Source of the DNA: an uncultured Mycoplasmatota bacterium
GTDB taxonomy: Bacteria; Bacillota_I; Bacilli_A; RF39; UBA660
Direction of reading: 5' to 3'
NCBI GenBank assembly: GCA_948472605.1
Contig: CAOKUH010000001.1
Span: forward strand, 1 to 34,463
DNA length: 34,463 nucleotides
Part shown: positions 8,508 to 20,348 of the stretch, one piece after another
Position numbering within the stretch: position 1 is the stretch's first letter
How the letters are laid out: each line of letters begins with the position of its first letter
Position numbers and translations under genes: made by a program
Notes under the pieces: model-generated
Told to the model about the DNA's origin: nothing
What the model saw: the letters and a program-made list of their open reading frames with translations, nothing else
Databases searched by the model: none

Positions 8508-9107
8508 TTGGAACATTATTTTACAAATAACACAGAATTAAAAAGCGAATTACGAATTATCGATTATAAATGCCAAAATTACTCATTTCATTTTAATAGT
8601 GACAACGGAGTATTTGCTAAAAATAAAATCGATTATGGAAGTAAATTGCTTGTTGAAACAATAATAAAAAATACAAATCGGCAGAGTTTAAAAATCTTAG
8701 ATGTTGGCTCAGGCTATGGTTTTATGGGCATTGTCCTTGCTAAAGTTTTAAATAGCGAAGTAACACTCATAGATGTAAACAAACGAGCGGTGCATCTAAC
8801 TAATATGAATATTAAAGAAAATAAAGTTCTTGCGAAATCGTTTATTAGTGATATATATGAAAATGTTTCTAATAAATATGATTTTATTATAACTAATCCT
8901 CCAATTAGAGCAGGGAAGAAAGTAGTTTTAAAAATTCTTTTAGAAGCTAGTGATTATTTAGTTGATGAGGGAATACTTTGGTTTGTTATGAGAAAAGATC
9001 AAGGACTTAAAAGTACTTTAAAAGAATTAGATATTAAATATAATTATGAAATTATAGAAAAAAGTAAAGGTTTTTATATAATAAAATGTAAAAAGAAGTT
9101 GACATAA
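8508..9107 (+). CDS. Class I SAM-dependent methyltransferase, RsmC/YbxB-like (small MTase domain)
   Basis: Motif I LDVGSGYGFMG and motif IV TNPPIRAGK. Its position directly upstream of rpoB matches B. subtilis ybxB. TTG start with GGTGA SD. Confidence 0.8.
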   Translation: MEHYFTNNTELKSELRIIDYKCQNYSFHFNSDNGVFAKNKIDYGSKLLVETIIKNTNRQSLKILDVGSGYGFMGIVLAKVLNSEVTLIDVNKRAVHLTNMNIKENKVLAKSFISDIYENVSNKYDFIITNPPIRAGKKVVLKILLEASDYLVDEGILWFVMRKDQGLKSTLKELDIKYNYEIIEKSKGFYIIKCKKKLT

Positions 9108-9127
9108 AAATCTAATACTGCTAAAAT
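9099..9127 (+). promoter_or_regulatory. Sigma-A promoter TTGACA-N17-TAAAAT upstream of rpoB
   Basis: TTGACA at 9099-9104 abuts the stop codon (9105-9107) of the preceding gene. TAAAAT at 9122-9127. Confidence 0.55.
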
Positions 9128-9198
9128 TATAAATTGGTGACGTGTTAATTTTTTTGTGAAATTAGGTTATTTGAAAAATTATTAGATGGGGTGAAATC

Positions 9199-12100
9199 GT
9201 GGCATTTAAATTAAAAAAATTCGGAGATTATTCCGAAAGAAGAAGCTTTTCAAAATCAAAAAACACTATGGAACTTGCGGATTTATTGGAAATCCAAAAA
9301 AAATCTTATGATTGGTTCTTACAAGAAGGAATCAAGGAGACATTTGAAGAATTATTTCCTGTTGAAAGTTTTACAGGGAATTTGACCATTGACTTTGGTG
9401 ATTATTCTTTTGATATGCCTAGATATTCTGTAAAAGAATCAAAAGAAAGAATGGTAAACTATGCAGCACCATTAAAGGTACAAGCACGTGTTTTTATCCA
9501 TGAAACAGGTGAAGTAAAAGAACAAGAAATATTCTTAGGCGATATGCCTTTAATGACTGATGCAGGGACATTCATTATTAATGGAGCAGAACGTGTAATT
9601 GTCTCACAATTAGTAAGAAGTCCAAGTATTTATTTTAAACGTGAAATAGATAAAAATGGTCGTCGTGTAATTACAGGAGAAGTAATACCTAATCGTGGAA
9701 CATGGTTAGAATATGAATTAGATGCAAGAGATGTAATGTATGTAAGAATTGATCGTACAAGAAAAGTACCAATTACAACATTCTTAAGAGCACTTGGACT
9801 ATCAAATGATGAGGATATTACCAGTGTATTTGGTGAAAATCAATATTTAGAAAATACTATCCTTAAAGATAGTACTAAAAATACAGATGAAGCACTTATT
9901 GAAATATATGAAAAATTACGTCCAGGAGAACCAGCTACTTTAGATTCAGCTAAAAACCAATTAGTAACTAGATTCTTCGATCATTTTCGTTATGATTTAG
10001 CTAAGGTGGGACGTTATAAATTTAATAAAAAATTAAATGTAGCAGATCGATTACTAAATGCAACACTTGCTACTGATATTAAAGATGGTAAAGAAGTAGT
10101 AGCTAAAAAAGGTGAAATAGTTACAAAAGAATTATTAGAAAAAATTAAACCAGCTTTACAAAATGGTTTTGGTATGAAAAAAGTTACTATAAATGAAGAA
10201 TTAGATGAATATAACGAAATTCAAGAAATTCTTGTTTGTGACAAACAAAATCCAGAAAAAACAATAAAAATAATTGGTAATGATCAATCACTTGATATTA
10301 AAAGATTAACTATCTCTGATATCTATGCTTCAATATCATATTATTTAAACTTACATGATGGTTTTGGAAATGATGATGAAATAGATAATTTAGGAAATCG
10401 TCGTGTCCGTCAAGTTGGAGAACTAATTCAAAATCAATTTAAAACAGGTATGTCTAGAATGGAAAGAGTTATACGTGAACGTATGACTACCCAAGAACTA
10501 GAAAATGTTACTCCAAAATCTTTAATAAATATTCGCCCAGTAACAGCAATATTAAAAGAATTCTTTGGGTCATCACAACTTTCTAAATTCATGGATCAAA
10601 TTAACCCAATTGCTGAATTAACTGATAAAAGACGTTTATCTTCTCTTGGTCCTGGAGGATTATCAAGAGATCGTGCTGGAATGGATGTACGTGATGTTAA
10701 TGCCAGTCACTATGGACGTATTTGCCCTGTAGAATCACCAGAAGGTCAAAATATCGGACTTATTACATCTCTAGCAGGATACGCTAAAATTAACGAATAT
10801 GGTTTTATTACAACCCCATATCGTAAAGTTTTAGATGGCGTGGTAGAAATGGATAACATTGTATATATGACAGCTGATGAAGAGGCAGATTATTATATTT
10901 CTCAAGCAACAGTTAAATTAGATGATAATAATCGTATTTTAGATGACGAGGTTTTAGTTCGTATCAACGGCGATAATGTTATGTGTAAAAGAGAACAAGT
11001 AAACTTTGTCGATGTTGCTCCAAGTCAATTAGTAGCTATTACAACAAGTTGTATTCCATTCCTTGACTACGATGATGCTAATCGTACTTTAATGGGTGCC
11101 AACATGCAACGTCAAGCAGTTCCACTACTTACTAGTGATTCTCCAATTGTTGGAACAGGTGTTGAACATGTTGCAGCTAAATACTCAGGAAGTACAGTTG
11201 TATCTAAAACTGATGGAGTAGTAGAATATGCTGATTCATTAAAAATAATTATTAAAAACGTAAAGAGTAAAGAAACATACTATTTAGCAAATTTTGAAAG
11301 AACAAATGCCTCAAGTAGCTTAAACCATCGTCCTTTAGTTAAAGTTGGAGATAAAGTTCATGCTGGTCAAGTTATAGCAGATGGACCAAGTACTCAAAAT
11401 GGCGAATTAGCACTAGGTAAAAATATGACAGTTGCATTCATGACTTATAATGGATATAACTATGAAGATGCTGTAATATTAAATGAAAGATTAGTAAAAG
11501 AAGACGTTTATACTTCTCTACATATTGAACGTTATGAAATTCAATGCCGCGATACAAAATTAGGACCTGAGGAAATAACAAGAGATATTCCAAATGTTGG
11601 AGAAGAGGCAAGACGTAACTTAGATGCCGAAGGTATTGTAAGAATCGGAACAGAAGTTAAAGAAGGAGATATTTTAGTAGGTAAAGTAACACCTAAAGGA
11701 ATGCAAGAATTAACTAGTGAAGAAAAATTGTTACATGCTATATTTGGTGAAAAAACTCGTGAAGTTCGTGATACTTCATTAAAAGTAGAACATGGAGCAG
11801 ATGGTATCGTTCACGATGTAAAAGTTTATACCAAAGAAAATAGTGATGATATGCCAGCAGGTGTATTCAAAATTATTCGTGTTTATATAATTCAAAAACG
11901 TAAAATTCAAGTTGGAGATAAGATGAGTGGACGTCATGGTAACAAGGGTGTTATATCACTTGTTCTACCAGAAGAGGATATGCCATATTTACCAGATGGT
12001 ACACCAGTTGATATCATGTTAAATCCATTAGGAGTTCCATCACGTATGAATATTGGACAAATTCTAGAAGTTCATTTAGGAATGGCTGGAAAACGTCTAG

Positions 12101-12843
12101 GAGTTAAATATGCTACCCCTGTATTTGATGGAGCAAACCTAGATGATATTCATGAAGAAATGAAAGAAGCTGGAATGAGCGAAGATGGAAAAGTAGAGCT
12201 TATTAATGGTCGTACAGGAGAACCATTTGAAAACCGCATTAATGTTGGTGTCATGTATATGGTTAAACTTCACCATATGGTTGATGATAAACTTCATGCA
12301 AGAGCAACAGGACCATATTCATTAGTAACTCAACAACCACTTGGTGGTAAAGCTCAATTTGGTGGACAAAGATTTGGAGAAATGGAAGTTTGGGCATTAT
12401 ATGCTTATGGAGCTGCTCATGTTCTTCAAGAAATCTTAACTATAAAATCTGATGATGTTGTTGGACGTGTTAAAGTTTATGAATCTTTAGTAAAAGGTAA
12501 AACTGTCAATCAAGCAGGAGTACCAGAATCATTTAGAGTTTTAATAAAAGAATTCCAAGCTCTAGGATTAAATATTCAAATACTTGATAATGAAGATAAC
12601 TTATTAGATTTAAAAGACATTGAAGATGATGAAGAAAAAGAAGATACAATTCGTATTGATGAAATAGATGTAAATAATCCTTTAGCAGAACAAGGAACAC
12701 CAGTTTTAGTAGAAGAACCAACTGATACTAATGATGATTATGAAGATGCCGATGAAGATGAATTCGAAGAAAATACTTTAGATGATTTGGAGTTCCCTGG
12801 GGACATAGATGTTAAAGATTTGGAAGGTGGTGATATCCTATGA
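9199..12843 (+). CDS. rpoB: DNA-directed RNA polymerase subunit beta
   Basis: Full-length match to the RpoB pattern ([33 protein letters not shown]). GTG start with GGGGTGA SD. Acidic C-terminal tail. Confidence 0.98.
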   Translation: MAFKLKKFGDYSERRSFSKSKNTMELADLLEIQKKSYDWFLQEGIKETFEELFPVESFTGNLTIDFGDYSFDMPRYSVKESKERMVNYAAPLKVQARVFIHETGEVKEQEIFLGDMPLMTDAGTFIINGAERVIVSQLVRSPSIYFKREIDKNGRRVITGEVIPNRGTWLEYELDARDVMYVRIDRTRKVPITTFLRALGLSNDEDITSVFGENQYLENTILKDSTKNTDEALIEIYEKLRPGEPATLDSAKNQLVTRFFDHFRYDLAKVGRYKFNKKLNVADRLLNATLATDIKDGKEVVAKKGEIVTKELLEKIKPALQNGFGMKKVTINEELDEYNEIQEILVCDKQNPEKTIKIIGNDQSLDIKRLTISDIYASISYYLNLHDGFGNDDEIDNLGNRRVRQVGELIQNQFKTGMSRMERVIRERMTTQELENVTPKSLINIRPVTAILKEFFGSSQLSKFMDQINPIAELTDKRRLSSLGPGGLSRDRAGMDVRDVNASHYGRICPVESPEGQNIGLITSLAGYAKINEYGFITTPYRKVLDGVVEMDNIVYMTADEEADYYISQATVKLDDNNRILDDEVLVRINGDNVMCKREQVNFVDVAPSQLVAITTSCIPFLDYDDANRTLMGANMQRQAVPLLTSDSPIVGTGVEHVAAKYSGSTVVSKTDGVVEYADSLKIIIKNVKSKETYYLANFERTNASSSLNHRPLVKVGDKVHAGQVIADGPSTQNGELALGKNMTVAFMTYNGYNYEDAVILNERLVKEDVYTSLHIERYEIQCRDTKLGPEEITRDIPNVGEEARRNLDAEGIVRIGTEVKEGDILVGKVTPKGMQELTSEEKLLHAIFGEKTREVRDTSLKVEHGADGIVHDVKVYTKENSDDMPAGVFKIIRVYIIQKRKIQVGDKMSGRHGNKGVISLVLPEEDMPYLPDGTPVDIMLNPLGVPSRMNIGQILEVHLGMAGKRLGVKYATPVFDGANLDDIHEEMKEAGMSEDGKVELINGRTGEPFENRINVGVMYMVKLHHMVDDKLHARATGPYSLVTQQPLGGKAQFGGQRFGEMEVWALYAYGAAHVLQEILTIKSDDVVGRVKVYESLVKGKTVNQAGVPESFRVLIKEFQALGLNIQILDNEDNLLDLKDIEDDEEKEDTIRIDEIDVNNPLAEQGTPVLVEEPTDTNDDYEDADEDEFEENTLDDLEFPGDIDVKDLEGGDIL

Positions 12844-15800
12844 TAGAAGTTAATAAATTTAAAGGTATAAAAATAGGTATTGCCAGTCCTGAAATAATTC
12901 GTAAATGGTCTCATGGAGAAGTAAAAAAACCAGAAACTATTAATTATCGTACTTTAAAACCTGAACGTGATGGTTTATTTTGCGAAAAGATTTTTGGACC
13001 TAACAAAGATTACGAATGTAGTTGTGGTAAATATAAAAGATTAAGATATAAAAATGTTGTATGTGATCGTTGTGGCGTTGAAGTAACTAAATCTAAAGTT
13101 CGTCGTGAAAGAATGGGACATATAGAATTAGCTAGCCCTTGTAGTCATATATGGTTCTTTAAAGGTGTACCTTCTAAAATGGGCTTAGTTTTAGATATGT
13201 CACCAAGAGACTTAGAAGAGGTATTATATTTTGTAAGTTATGTAGTTTTAGATCCAGGTAGTGCCCCATTAGAAAAAAAGCAAACTCTATCTGATAAAGA
13301 ATATCGTGCTTATTATGAAAAATATGGTTCATCTTTTAAAGTAGGTATGGGTGCTGAAGCTATTCAAGTCTTATTAAAAGAAGTTGACGTTGATAAAGAA
13401 GTTGAAGAGTTAAGAAAAGAATTAGAAACAGCTACTGGTCAAAAACGTATTCGTTTAGTAAAACGTTTAGATTGTCTAGTATCATTCCAAGAATCTGAAA
13501 ATAAACCAGAATGGATGATTTTAACTGTTTTACCAGTTATTCCACCAGAGCTTCGTCCAATGATTCAATTAGATGGTGGAAGATTTGCTACATCTGATTT
13601 AAATGACTTATATCGTCGTATAATCAATCGTAATAATCGTCTAAAGAAATTGCTTGAACTTGGAGCACCAACAATCATTGTTCAAAATGAAAAAAGAATG
13701 CTTCAAGAAGCTGTTGATTCATTATTTGATAATGGTCGTCGTGGTAGAAGTGTAACAGCTGCAGGTAATAGACCACTTAAATCTTTAGCAAGTATGTTAA
13801 AAGGTAAACAAGGACGTTTCCGTCAAAACTTACTTGGTAAACGTGTTGACTATTCAGGACGTAGTGTTATCGTAGTTGGACCAAACTTAAAAATGTATCA
13901 ATGTGGTATTCCAAAAGAAATGGCCCTAGAACTATTTAAACCTCATGTAATTCATGGTTTGGTAGATAGAGGACTGGCTCATAACATAAAAGGGGCTAAA
14001 AAATTAATCGAAACAAGAGATGACTCTGTTTGGGATGTAGTGGAAGACGTTATAACAGAACATCCAGTAATGTTAAATAGAGCTCCAACACTACATAGAC
14101 TTGGTATTCAAGCATTCGAACCTAAGCTTGTAGGTGGTAAAGCAATTCGTTTACACCCATTAGTTTGTACTGCATTTAATGCTGATTTCGATGGAGACCA
14201 AATGGCAGTGCATGTTCCACTTTCTGAAGAGGCAAAAGCCGAAGCTAGAATATTAATGCTTGGTGCTAACAATATCTTAAATCCAAAAGATGGAAAACCA
14301 ATCGTTACACCATCTCAAGATATGGTATTAGGAAATTGTTATTTAACTATTGAAAAATCTGGACTTCCAAATGAAGGTAAAGTATATAAAAATAGTAATG
14401 AAGCATTAATGGCTTATGAAAGAAAAGAAATAACACTACATACAAGAATAGTTTTACCTGTAAAATCATTTAAACATAAATTATTTACAGATGATCAAAA
14501 AGATAAATATTTAATTACAACTTGTGGAAAAATAATATTTAATGAAATATTACCAGATACTTTCCCATATATTAATGAACCTACTAAAGAAAATATTGAA
14601 GGAATTACTCCAAGTAAATATTTCTTAAGTATGGGAACAAATATTAAAGAGGAGATTACTAATCGTGAATTAGTAAAACCATTTGTTAAAAAGACATTAC
14701 AAAATATTATTGCCCAAGTATTTAAAAGATATAAAACAACTGAAACTTCTATTATGCTTGATAGATTAAAAGATTTAGGATTTAAATATTCAACAGTAGC
14801 TGGTATTACTGTATCTGCTGCTGACATTAAACTAAGTCAAAATAAACATGATATTATTGATGAAGGTAAAGAAATAGTTGATAAAATTAATAAACAATTT
14901 AAACGTGGTTTAATAACAGAAGAGGAACGTTATAATAATGTAATTAATACATGGAATAGTCAACAAGATAAAATTAAAGCCGAATTACAAGAAATGGCTG
15001 ATGGTGACTTTGAAAATCCATTATTTATGATGATGAACTCAGGAGCTCGTGGATCTATTTCTAACTTCGTACAACTTTCTGGTATGCGTGGTTTAATGGC
15101 TAAACCAGATGGTTCAACAGTTGAAATTCCAATAACTTCTAACTTTATGGAAGGTCTTAAAGTTAGTGAGTTCTTCTTATCAAGTCATGGTTCTCGTAAA
15201 GGCTCTGCGGACACTGCTTTACGTACAGCAGATTCTGGTTATTTAACTAGACGTTTAGTTGATGTTGTTCAAGACATTATTGTTCGTGAATTTGATTGTG
15301 GTTCAATTAATGGTGTAGAAGTTTATGATTTAATTAACGATAAAGATGGTTCTGTAATAGAGCCACTAGCTGAACGTATTTTAGGACGTTATTCTGCTCA
15401 AAAAATCATTAATCCTGAAACTAAAGAAGTTATTTTAGATAAAGGAGAAATGATTACTGAAAATATTGTTTCTAAAATTGAAAAAGCTGGTATCAAAAAT
15501 GTAGAAATCAGAAGTATCTTAACTTGTAAATCAGAACAAGGCGTATGTCAAAAATGTTATGGACGTAACCTTGCCACTGGTAACTTAGTAGAAACTGGAG
15601 AAGCTGTTGGTATAATGGCAGCCCAATCTATTGGAGAACCAGGAACCCAACTTACTATGCGTACATTCCACTCAGGTGGAGTTGCCCATGGTGGAGATGC
15701 GGATATTACACAAGGTTTACCAAGAGTTGAAGAATTATTTGAAGCTCGTAACCCTAAAGCTAAAGCAACAATTGCTGAAATTAGTGGTAAAATCGAATCA

Positions 15801-16559
15801 ATAGAAGAACAAAATGGTAAACATAAAATTGTTATTGCTAGCGATGTCGAAGTTAGAGACCATATTACAAATTACAACATGAAAGTTCGCGTTAATGTTG
15901 GAGATATTGTAAATGCTGGAGATAAACTAACTGAAGGTGCCGTTAGTCCTAAAGAATTACTTGCGGTAACAGATCCTATTTCTGCTCAAGAATATATCTT
16001 AAAAGAAATCCAAATGGTATATAAATTACAAGGTGTTGATATTTCCGATAAACATATCGAAATAATTGTTTCTCGTATGATTAATAAAGTTCGTATCGTT
16101 GATGCAGGAGACACAGATTTTGTTGAAGGATTAACTGTATCAATGAGAGAATTTACAAATGGCAACAAACCAGTAATTTTAAAAGGCGGAGTTCCAGCAA
16201 AAGGAAGACCTATTATGTTAGGTATAACTAAAAGTTCATTAGAAACTGATTCTTTCTTATCTGCTGCATCATTCCAAGAAACTACTCGTGTTCTAACAGA
16301 TGCTGCAATAAAAGGAAAAGTAGACAATTTAAAAGGACTTAAAGAAAATGTTATTATTGGTAAATTAATACCAGCTGGTACTGGTGCTAAACAATATAGT
16401 GACATAGAAATTCTTTTACAAAAAGAATTTATGGATGATGATGCTAGTGAATTCTTTGAAGAAAAGTTAATGGATGACATTACAGATGAAACAGTAGAAG
16501 ACATAGATTTAGATGATTTAAATGAAATTGTAGAAGAAACTAATGAAGATAATGAATAG
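12840..16559 (+). CDS. rpoC: DNA-directed RNA polymerase subunit beta'
   Basis: Zn finger CSCGKYK...CDRCGVEV and catalytic [18 protein letters not shown] overlap with the rpoB stop. Confidence 0.98.
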   Translation: MIEVNKFKGIKIGIASPEIIRKWSHGEVKKPETINYRTLKPERDGLFCEKIFGPNKDYECSCGKYKRLRYKNVVCDRCGVEVTKSKVRRERMGHIELASPCSHIWFFKGVPSKMGLVLDMSPRDLEEVLYFVSYVVLDPGSAPLEKKQTLSDKEYRAYYEKYGSSFKVGMGAEAIQVLLKEVDVDKEVEELRKELETATGQKRIRLVKRLDCLVSFQESENKPEWMILTVLPVIPPELRPMIQLDGGRFATSDLNDLYRRIINRNNRLKKLLELGAPTIIVQNEKRMLQEAVDSLFDNGRRGRSVTAAGNRPLKSLASMLKGKQGRFRQNLLGKRVDYSGRSVIVVGPNLKMYQCGIPKEMALELFKPHVIHGLVDRGLAHNIKGAKKLIETRDDSVWDVVEDVITEHPVMLNRAPTLHRLGIQAFEPKLVGGKAIRLHPLVCTAFNADFDGDQMAVHVPLSEEAKAEARILMLGANNILNPKDGKPIVTPSQDMVLGNCYLTIEKSGLPNEGKVYKNSNEALMAYERKEITLHTRIVLPVKSFKHKLFTDDQKDKYLITTCGKIIFNEILPDTFPYINEPTKENIEGITPSKYFLSMGTNIKEEITNRELVKPFVKKTLQNIIAQVFKRYKTTETSIMLDRLKDLGFKYSTVAGITVSAADIKLSQNKHDIIDEGKEIVDKINKQFKRGLITEEERYNNVINTWNSQQDKIKAELQEMADGDFENPLFMMMNSGARGSISNFVQLSGMRGLMAKPDGSTVEIPITSNFMEGLKVSEFFLSSHGSRKGSADTALRTADSGYLTRRLVDVVQDIIVREFDCGSINGVEVYDLINDKDGSVIEPLAERILGRYSAQKIINPETKEVILDKGEMITENIVSKIEKAGIKNVEIRSILTCKSEQGVCQKCYGRNLATGNLVETGEAVGIMAAQSIGEPGTQLTMRTFHSGGVAHGGDADITQGLPRVEELFEARNPKAKATIAEISGKIESIEEQNGKHKIVIASDVEVRDHITNYNMKVRVNVGDIVNAGDKLTEGAVSPKELLAVTDPISAQEYILKEIQMVYKLQGVDISDKHIEIIVSRMINKVRIVDAGDTDFVEGLTVSMREFTNGNKPVILKGGVPAKGRPIMLGITKSSLETDSFLSAASFQETTRVLTDAAIKGKVDNLKGLKENVIIGKLIPAGTGAKQYSDIEILLQKEFMDDDASEFFEEKLMDDITDETVEDIDLDDLNEIVEETNEDNE

Positions 16560-16580
16560 GAAGAGAAATCTTCCTTTTTC
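16558..16580 (+). terminator. Intrinsic terminator of rpoBC
   Basis: AGGAAGA-GAAA-TCTTCCT followed by TTTTC, overlapping the TAG stop. Confidence 0.8.
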
Positions 16581-16582
16581 TA

Positions 16583-16611
16583 TTGACAAAACGTTCGGGG
16601 GGGGGTATAAT
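16583..16611 (+). promoter_or_regulatory. Perfect consensus sigma-A promoter TTGACA-N17-TATAAT whose spacer ends in G9
   Basis: TTGACA at 16583-16588, spacer AAACGTTCGGGGGGGGG (17 nt), TATAAT at 16606-16611. AGGAAGG SD and ATG 16645 lie downstream. Confidence 0.75.
16597..16605. repeat. G9 homopolymer tract
   Basis: Nine consecutive G counted directly. It is the longest G/C run I noticed in this AT-rich window. Confidence 0.95.
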
Positions 16612-16644
16612 TGGGTTATAATAGGATAGAGAGTAGGAAGGTTT

Positions 16645-17919
16645 ATGTTAAAGGATAATAAATTAGAGAAATTTACAAAGAATAAAAATAAGAAAAAAAT
16701 TATAACGATATCAGTAATTGCATTTGTTCTTTTAATTGGAGTAATAACACTTTATAGAACATTTGCATTATATGAAGAAAAGTTAGAGTTTAATTTAATC
16801 CAAGGTAAAGTACCAGAATATACAAGTGGAGATGTAAGTATCGCAGCTATAGTTGATGGGGTAAAATCTAGTACCATCCCTAGTAAAGGAAATGGCTATG
16901 TATTTGAAAGTGCAGTTTGTGATAATGGAGCTACTGGAGAATGGGATAATAATAGATGGGCATTCATTATTCTAGGATTAAATAAAACTAAAACAACCTG
17001 TACTTTAACATTTGTTCCTGGTTCTTCTAAAGGAACTGATTATATAACTGATTTAGTTGAAACAAATCCAGATATGTTAGCCTATGATGGAACAGAAGAT
17101 AATAATTTAAGATATATAGGAAAAAATCCAAATAACTATGTTAAGTTTAATAATGAGATATGGCGAATCATCGGAGTCATGAATAACATCACCGATAGTG
17201 AAGGAAATGTTGGAAGTCATATTAAAATAATAAGAAATGAAAGTATAGGTAGTTATTCATGGGATAATAAAGCCAGTGGAACAGGTTCATCAACAAGTAG
17301 TAATGGAAGTAATGATTGGACAGATAGTGCCCTTATGAATGTGTTAAATAATGGAGCATATTATAATCGAACAAGTGGTAATTGTCCAAAAGGACAAAAT
17401 GGAGCAACAACAGCATGTGATTTTAGTAGTAATGGATTAACTGAAGAAACAAAGAGAATGATAGCAAATGTAGTATGGAAACTAGGAGGGCATACCACAT
17501 CAAGAGCTACAGCAAGTGCGATGTATGGATATGAAAGAGGAACAAGTGTATCTAGTGGACGTCCAACAGAATGGACAGGACGTATAGGATTAATGTATCC
17601 AAGTGATTATGGATATGCAGTTGGTGGTAGTGTTAGAGAAACATGTTTAGGAAAAAATTTATATGATTACAATACCAATAATTGTCATACCAATGATTGG
17701 TTATATAAAAGTGGCACAAATCAATGGTCATTGATGCCTGAAAGTAGTGATGGTAATGGCCATCGTGTGTTTATTGCGAATGGTAATGGTAATGGCAATA
17801 GCCATCCTGCGAATAGTACCGATGCTATCCTTCCTGTCTTGTATCTAGCCTCTAATGTCGAAATAATAGAAGGTGATGGCACAAGCACTAATCCATACCA
17901 ACTTGGTGTTGCAAGTTAA
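16645..17919 (+). CDS. Membrane-anchored or secreted surface protein (424 aa), function unknown
   Basis: Lys-rich N-terminus followed by one TM helix (IITISVIAFVLLIGVITL). Gly/Asn/Ser/Thr/Trp-rich ectodomain with several Cys. C-terminal GNGNGNGNS. Confidence 0.6.
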   Translation: MLKDNKLEKFTKNKNKKKIITISVIAFVLLIGVITLYRTFALYEEKLEFNLIQGKVPEYTSGDVSIAAIVDGVKSSTIPSKGNGYVFESAVCDNGATGEWDNNRWAFIILGLNKTKTTCTLTFVPGSSKGTDYITDLVETNPDMLAYDGTEDNNLRYIGKNPNNYVKFNNEIWRIIGVMNNITDSEGNVGSHIKIIRNESIGSYSWDNKASGTGSSTSSNGSNDWTDSALMNVLNNGAYYNRTSGNCPKGQNGATTACDFSSNGLTEETKRMIANVVWKLGGHTTSRATASAMYGYERGTSVSSGRPTEWTGRIGLMYPSDYGYAVGGSVRETCLGKNLYDYNTNNCHTNDWLYKSGTNQWSLMPESSDGNGHRVFIANGNGNGNSHPANSTDAILPVLYLASNVEIIEGDGTSTNPYQLGVAS

Positions 17920-18194
17920 ATATACTAACTATAAACTATTTGCTATATAATATCATTTTTAAATGGAGATTATTAATATGTCAAATATTTTAGAAACATT
18001 AAATAAACAATATAATTTATATAAATATGATAATTAAAGAATTGTTATTAAATAAATAAAATTGTTCATGTGATTTCTGTCGTAATTAATCTTTCGGAAA
18101 AAGAATTATGATTTAAAAAAAATTATTAATTATATAGGTAGGTTAGTAAGTATAACATTATGTAGAATTAGTTGATGATTATGTAATAATTTTC

Positions 18195-18227
18195 ATAAAA
18201 AAAGAAAACTCATGGTTTAGTTTTCTT
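18195..18227 (-). terminator. Intrinsic terminator of the ger operon, overlapping the stop codon
   Basis: On the minus strand: AAGAAAACT-AAACCATG-AGTTTTCTT followed by a T run. Confidence 0.7.
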
Positions 18228-19245
18228 TATGTCTTATTAAATAAATAAACAAGCTTGGAATAGTTAAGAAAAATACAATGGTTATAAATATTGGAAATAT
18301 ATAATAAATAATTAATTCATTAGTATAATATTTACCGATTATAAGAAAAGAAATTAGGAATGACGCAAACAAAATTACAATATGGACTAATTCTTTTCTT
18401 TTTTTAGGTAGTAATTCCTTAACCATTAAAGATGCCATAGCTAGATAAATAAATACATCAAATATCCAAGATAAAGCAACAATATTTTCAATTTTTTCAA
18501 TAAAATTTAGTATTTTAATCTCTTTTAATATTATATATTCAGGAAATCTATATATACTTGCTAGTAAAGGGCCCACAATAGCAATAATTAGAAACATTTT
18601 AGCTATTAAAGTAAAACTTCCAAATAAATATGCTAGAGTACTATTACTTTTTTTGGTAGTTAACATTAAGATGGATGGAGATACTGATAATGAAGTATAG
18701 TAAAAAACTGACTTTAAAAAATCCATACCATTTGTAATAAATAAGGGTTTTATATTAGATATATTCATATAGCCACATAAAGCAAATAATGATAGAATAG
18801 TTAATGCTACCGAGATTGGAAGTAAAGAAGTAGCAACTCTAAATGTAGTTTTAACACCATCTTTAGTAATTTTTATTAGCAAAATTATTAAAGGCAAAGA
18901 AATAAACCAAATAGGAGTTTTAATCAAAAAGAAAGAAGAAGCAAATAATTGAATAAAAGTTAAACCTTCACAAAGTAAAGCAAAACCATAAAGTATAAAA
19001 ACAAATCTTAAGAGAATTCCTCCAACTTTCATTTCTTTTAGGACTTCATTTAAAGTTCTATCTCCTTTATATTTTTGAATCTTATTAATAAAAAATATAA
19101 ATATAAGCCCAATAATTGTTCCAACTCCAAAAGAAAGGAAACTATCCTGTCTAGAAAGACCAATTATAACAGAAAAACCAATTCCTAAAAATAAAGCTCT
19201 TGTTAAAAAATAATTTACTGCAAAATTTTCTAGTTTGCTTGTCAT
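18217..19245 (-). CDS. Spore germination protein, GerxB type (APC-like integral membrane subunit)
   Basis: About 10 predicted TM helices. Third gene of the ger operon. 4-nt overlap with the upstream gene. Confidence 0.8.
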   Translation of the reverse strand: MTSKLENFAVNYFLTRALFLGIGFSVIIGLSRQDSFLSFGVGTIIGLIFIFFINKIQKYKGDRTLNEVLKEMKVGGILLRFVFILYGFALLCEGLTFIQLFASSFFLIKTPIWFISLPLIILLIKITKDGVKTTFRVATSLLPISVALTILSLFALCGYMNISNIKPLFITNGMDFLKSVFYYTSLSVSPSILMLTTKKSNSTLAYLFGSFTLIAKMFLIIAIVGPLLASIYRFPEYIILKEIKILNFIEKIENIVALSWIFDVFIYLAMASLMVKELLPKKRKELVHIVILFASFLISFLIIGKYYTNELIIYYIFPIFITIVFFLTIPSLFIYLIRHKEN

Positions 19246-20348
19246 TCTTTCACCTCGAATATTAAACCATTACGATTGATAATAGCTTTAGATTTATATT
19301 TATAATCTAATGTTGTAAAATCAATATCTTTTTTGTTTTTTTGATAATAAATTTCCTCTATCTTTAAAATATCACTTTCATATTTGATAGATTTTTCTAC
19401 TACTTTTTGCATTTCTTTTTTTAATTGTTCTTCAACATTTTTTTGAATATTTTCATAAGTTTTTACTTCTTTAAAATCCATTTTACAATGATTTTCTACA
19501 ATTCTTAATTCAACTTCTACATCTATAGTTGCTGTTGTATCTTTAATCTCTATACTTGTTTTTGGTTTATCAAAAGTAGTTAGAACAATAAAATTACTAT
19601 TACTGCTACTATTATTATTATCATCAGAAGATGGACATTCTACTTTTAAATGTATTTCATTTGAACTGCCATTCATCACATTAAAAATTGCTGATTCATC
19701 TTCTGATAAAAAAGTTTGCATATTATATTTTTTAAAAATAGCTAGCGGACCTAGTTTTAAAATTCCATTTTCTATTTCTACAGAAGAAACATAAGTATCT
19801 TTTCGAGGATCAATAATGTTCACTACAAATTTTTCAAAATTTAAATCTGCAGCAATATTATTAGTAAAAGTTGTACTATCAATTAAATTAGCAATAGCAG
19901 TACTAGCAACAGGATTATTAGTATCAGTATTATTTATAACTTCAAAAGCACTTGTATCTTTAGCAATAGCCAAATAAAATATATTTCTAATATGATTATC
20001 TCGTATTAAAAAATCAATTATTTCTTCTACATGTTCTTTTGCAACCTCTTCACTAATTACTAAAGTTTTTAAATGAGCAAGATAAGGCGATTTAGCAATT
20101 TCTAAAGAAGCATCTGCAAAAGCTTCACTTAAAGAAGAACCAACCCCCTTAGTAAGATATACTTTACTACTATCTTTACTATCATCTTTATTAGTTGTAT
20201 TCAAGATTTCAAAAGCAACATTAAATTTATCTTCTTCATAATCAACAGAAATACCAGAGACAATAGCCATTTCATTTAACTCTGTATAATCAAAACAACC
20301 AGTACCTAAAGTTAAAATGAAAATACCTAAAATAAGTAATTTTTTCAT
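19242..20348 (-). CDS. Spore germination lipoprotein, Ger(x)C family
   Basis: Lipobox LTLGTG-C followed by the typical FDYTELNEMAIVSGISVDYE start. Operon context. Confidence 0.85.
   Translation of the reverse strand: MKKLLILGIFILTLGTGCFDYTELNEMAIVSGISVDYEEDKFNVAFEILNTTNKDDSKDSSKVYLTKGVGSSLSEAFADASLEIAKSPYLAHLKTLVISEEVAKEHVEEIIDFLIRDNHIRNIFYLAIAKDTSAFEVINNTDTNNPVASTAIANLIDSTTFTNNIAADLNFEKFVVNIIDPRKDTYVSSVEIENGILKLGPLAIFKKYNMQTFLSEDESAIFNVMNGSSNEIHLKVECPSSDDNNNSSSNSNFIVLTTFDKPKTSIEIKDTTATIDVEVELRIVENHCKMDFKEVKTYENIQKNVEEQLKKEMQKVVEKSIKYESDILKIEEIYYQKNKKDIDFTTLDYKYKSKAIINRNGLIFEVKE

Noticed and set aside
12590-12843. Long acidic C-terminal tails on RpoB (and on RpoC at about 16430-16559)
   Set aside because: Asp/Glu-rich extensions of RNAP large subunits look like ordinary lineage-specific low-complexity tails. 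I have nothing to suggest a separate feature.
15986-16504. 172-aa minus-strand ORF, with similar antisense ORFs at 484-690, 1498-1758, 3338-3640, 3908-4186, 12533-12721, 14495-14827, 23700-23891, 26917-27105, 29873-30196, 31229-31510 and 31561-31779
   Set aside because: All lie antisense to well-supported genes. They have low-complexity Ile/Leu/Ser/Phe-rich translations typical of shadow frames, and none has an SD.
17779-17799. (AATGGY)x3 repeat encoding GNGNGNGN in the surface-protein gene
   Set aside because: It is short and in frame. Slippage would only add or remove Gly-Asn units, so it is not a credible switch on its own.
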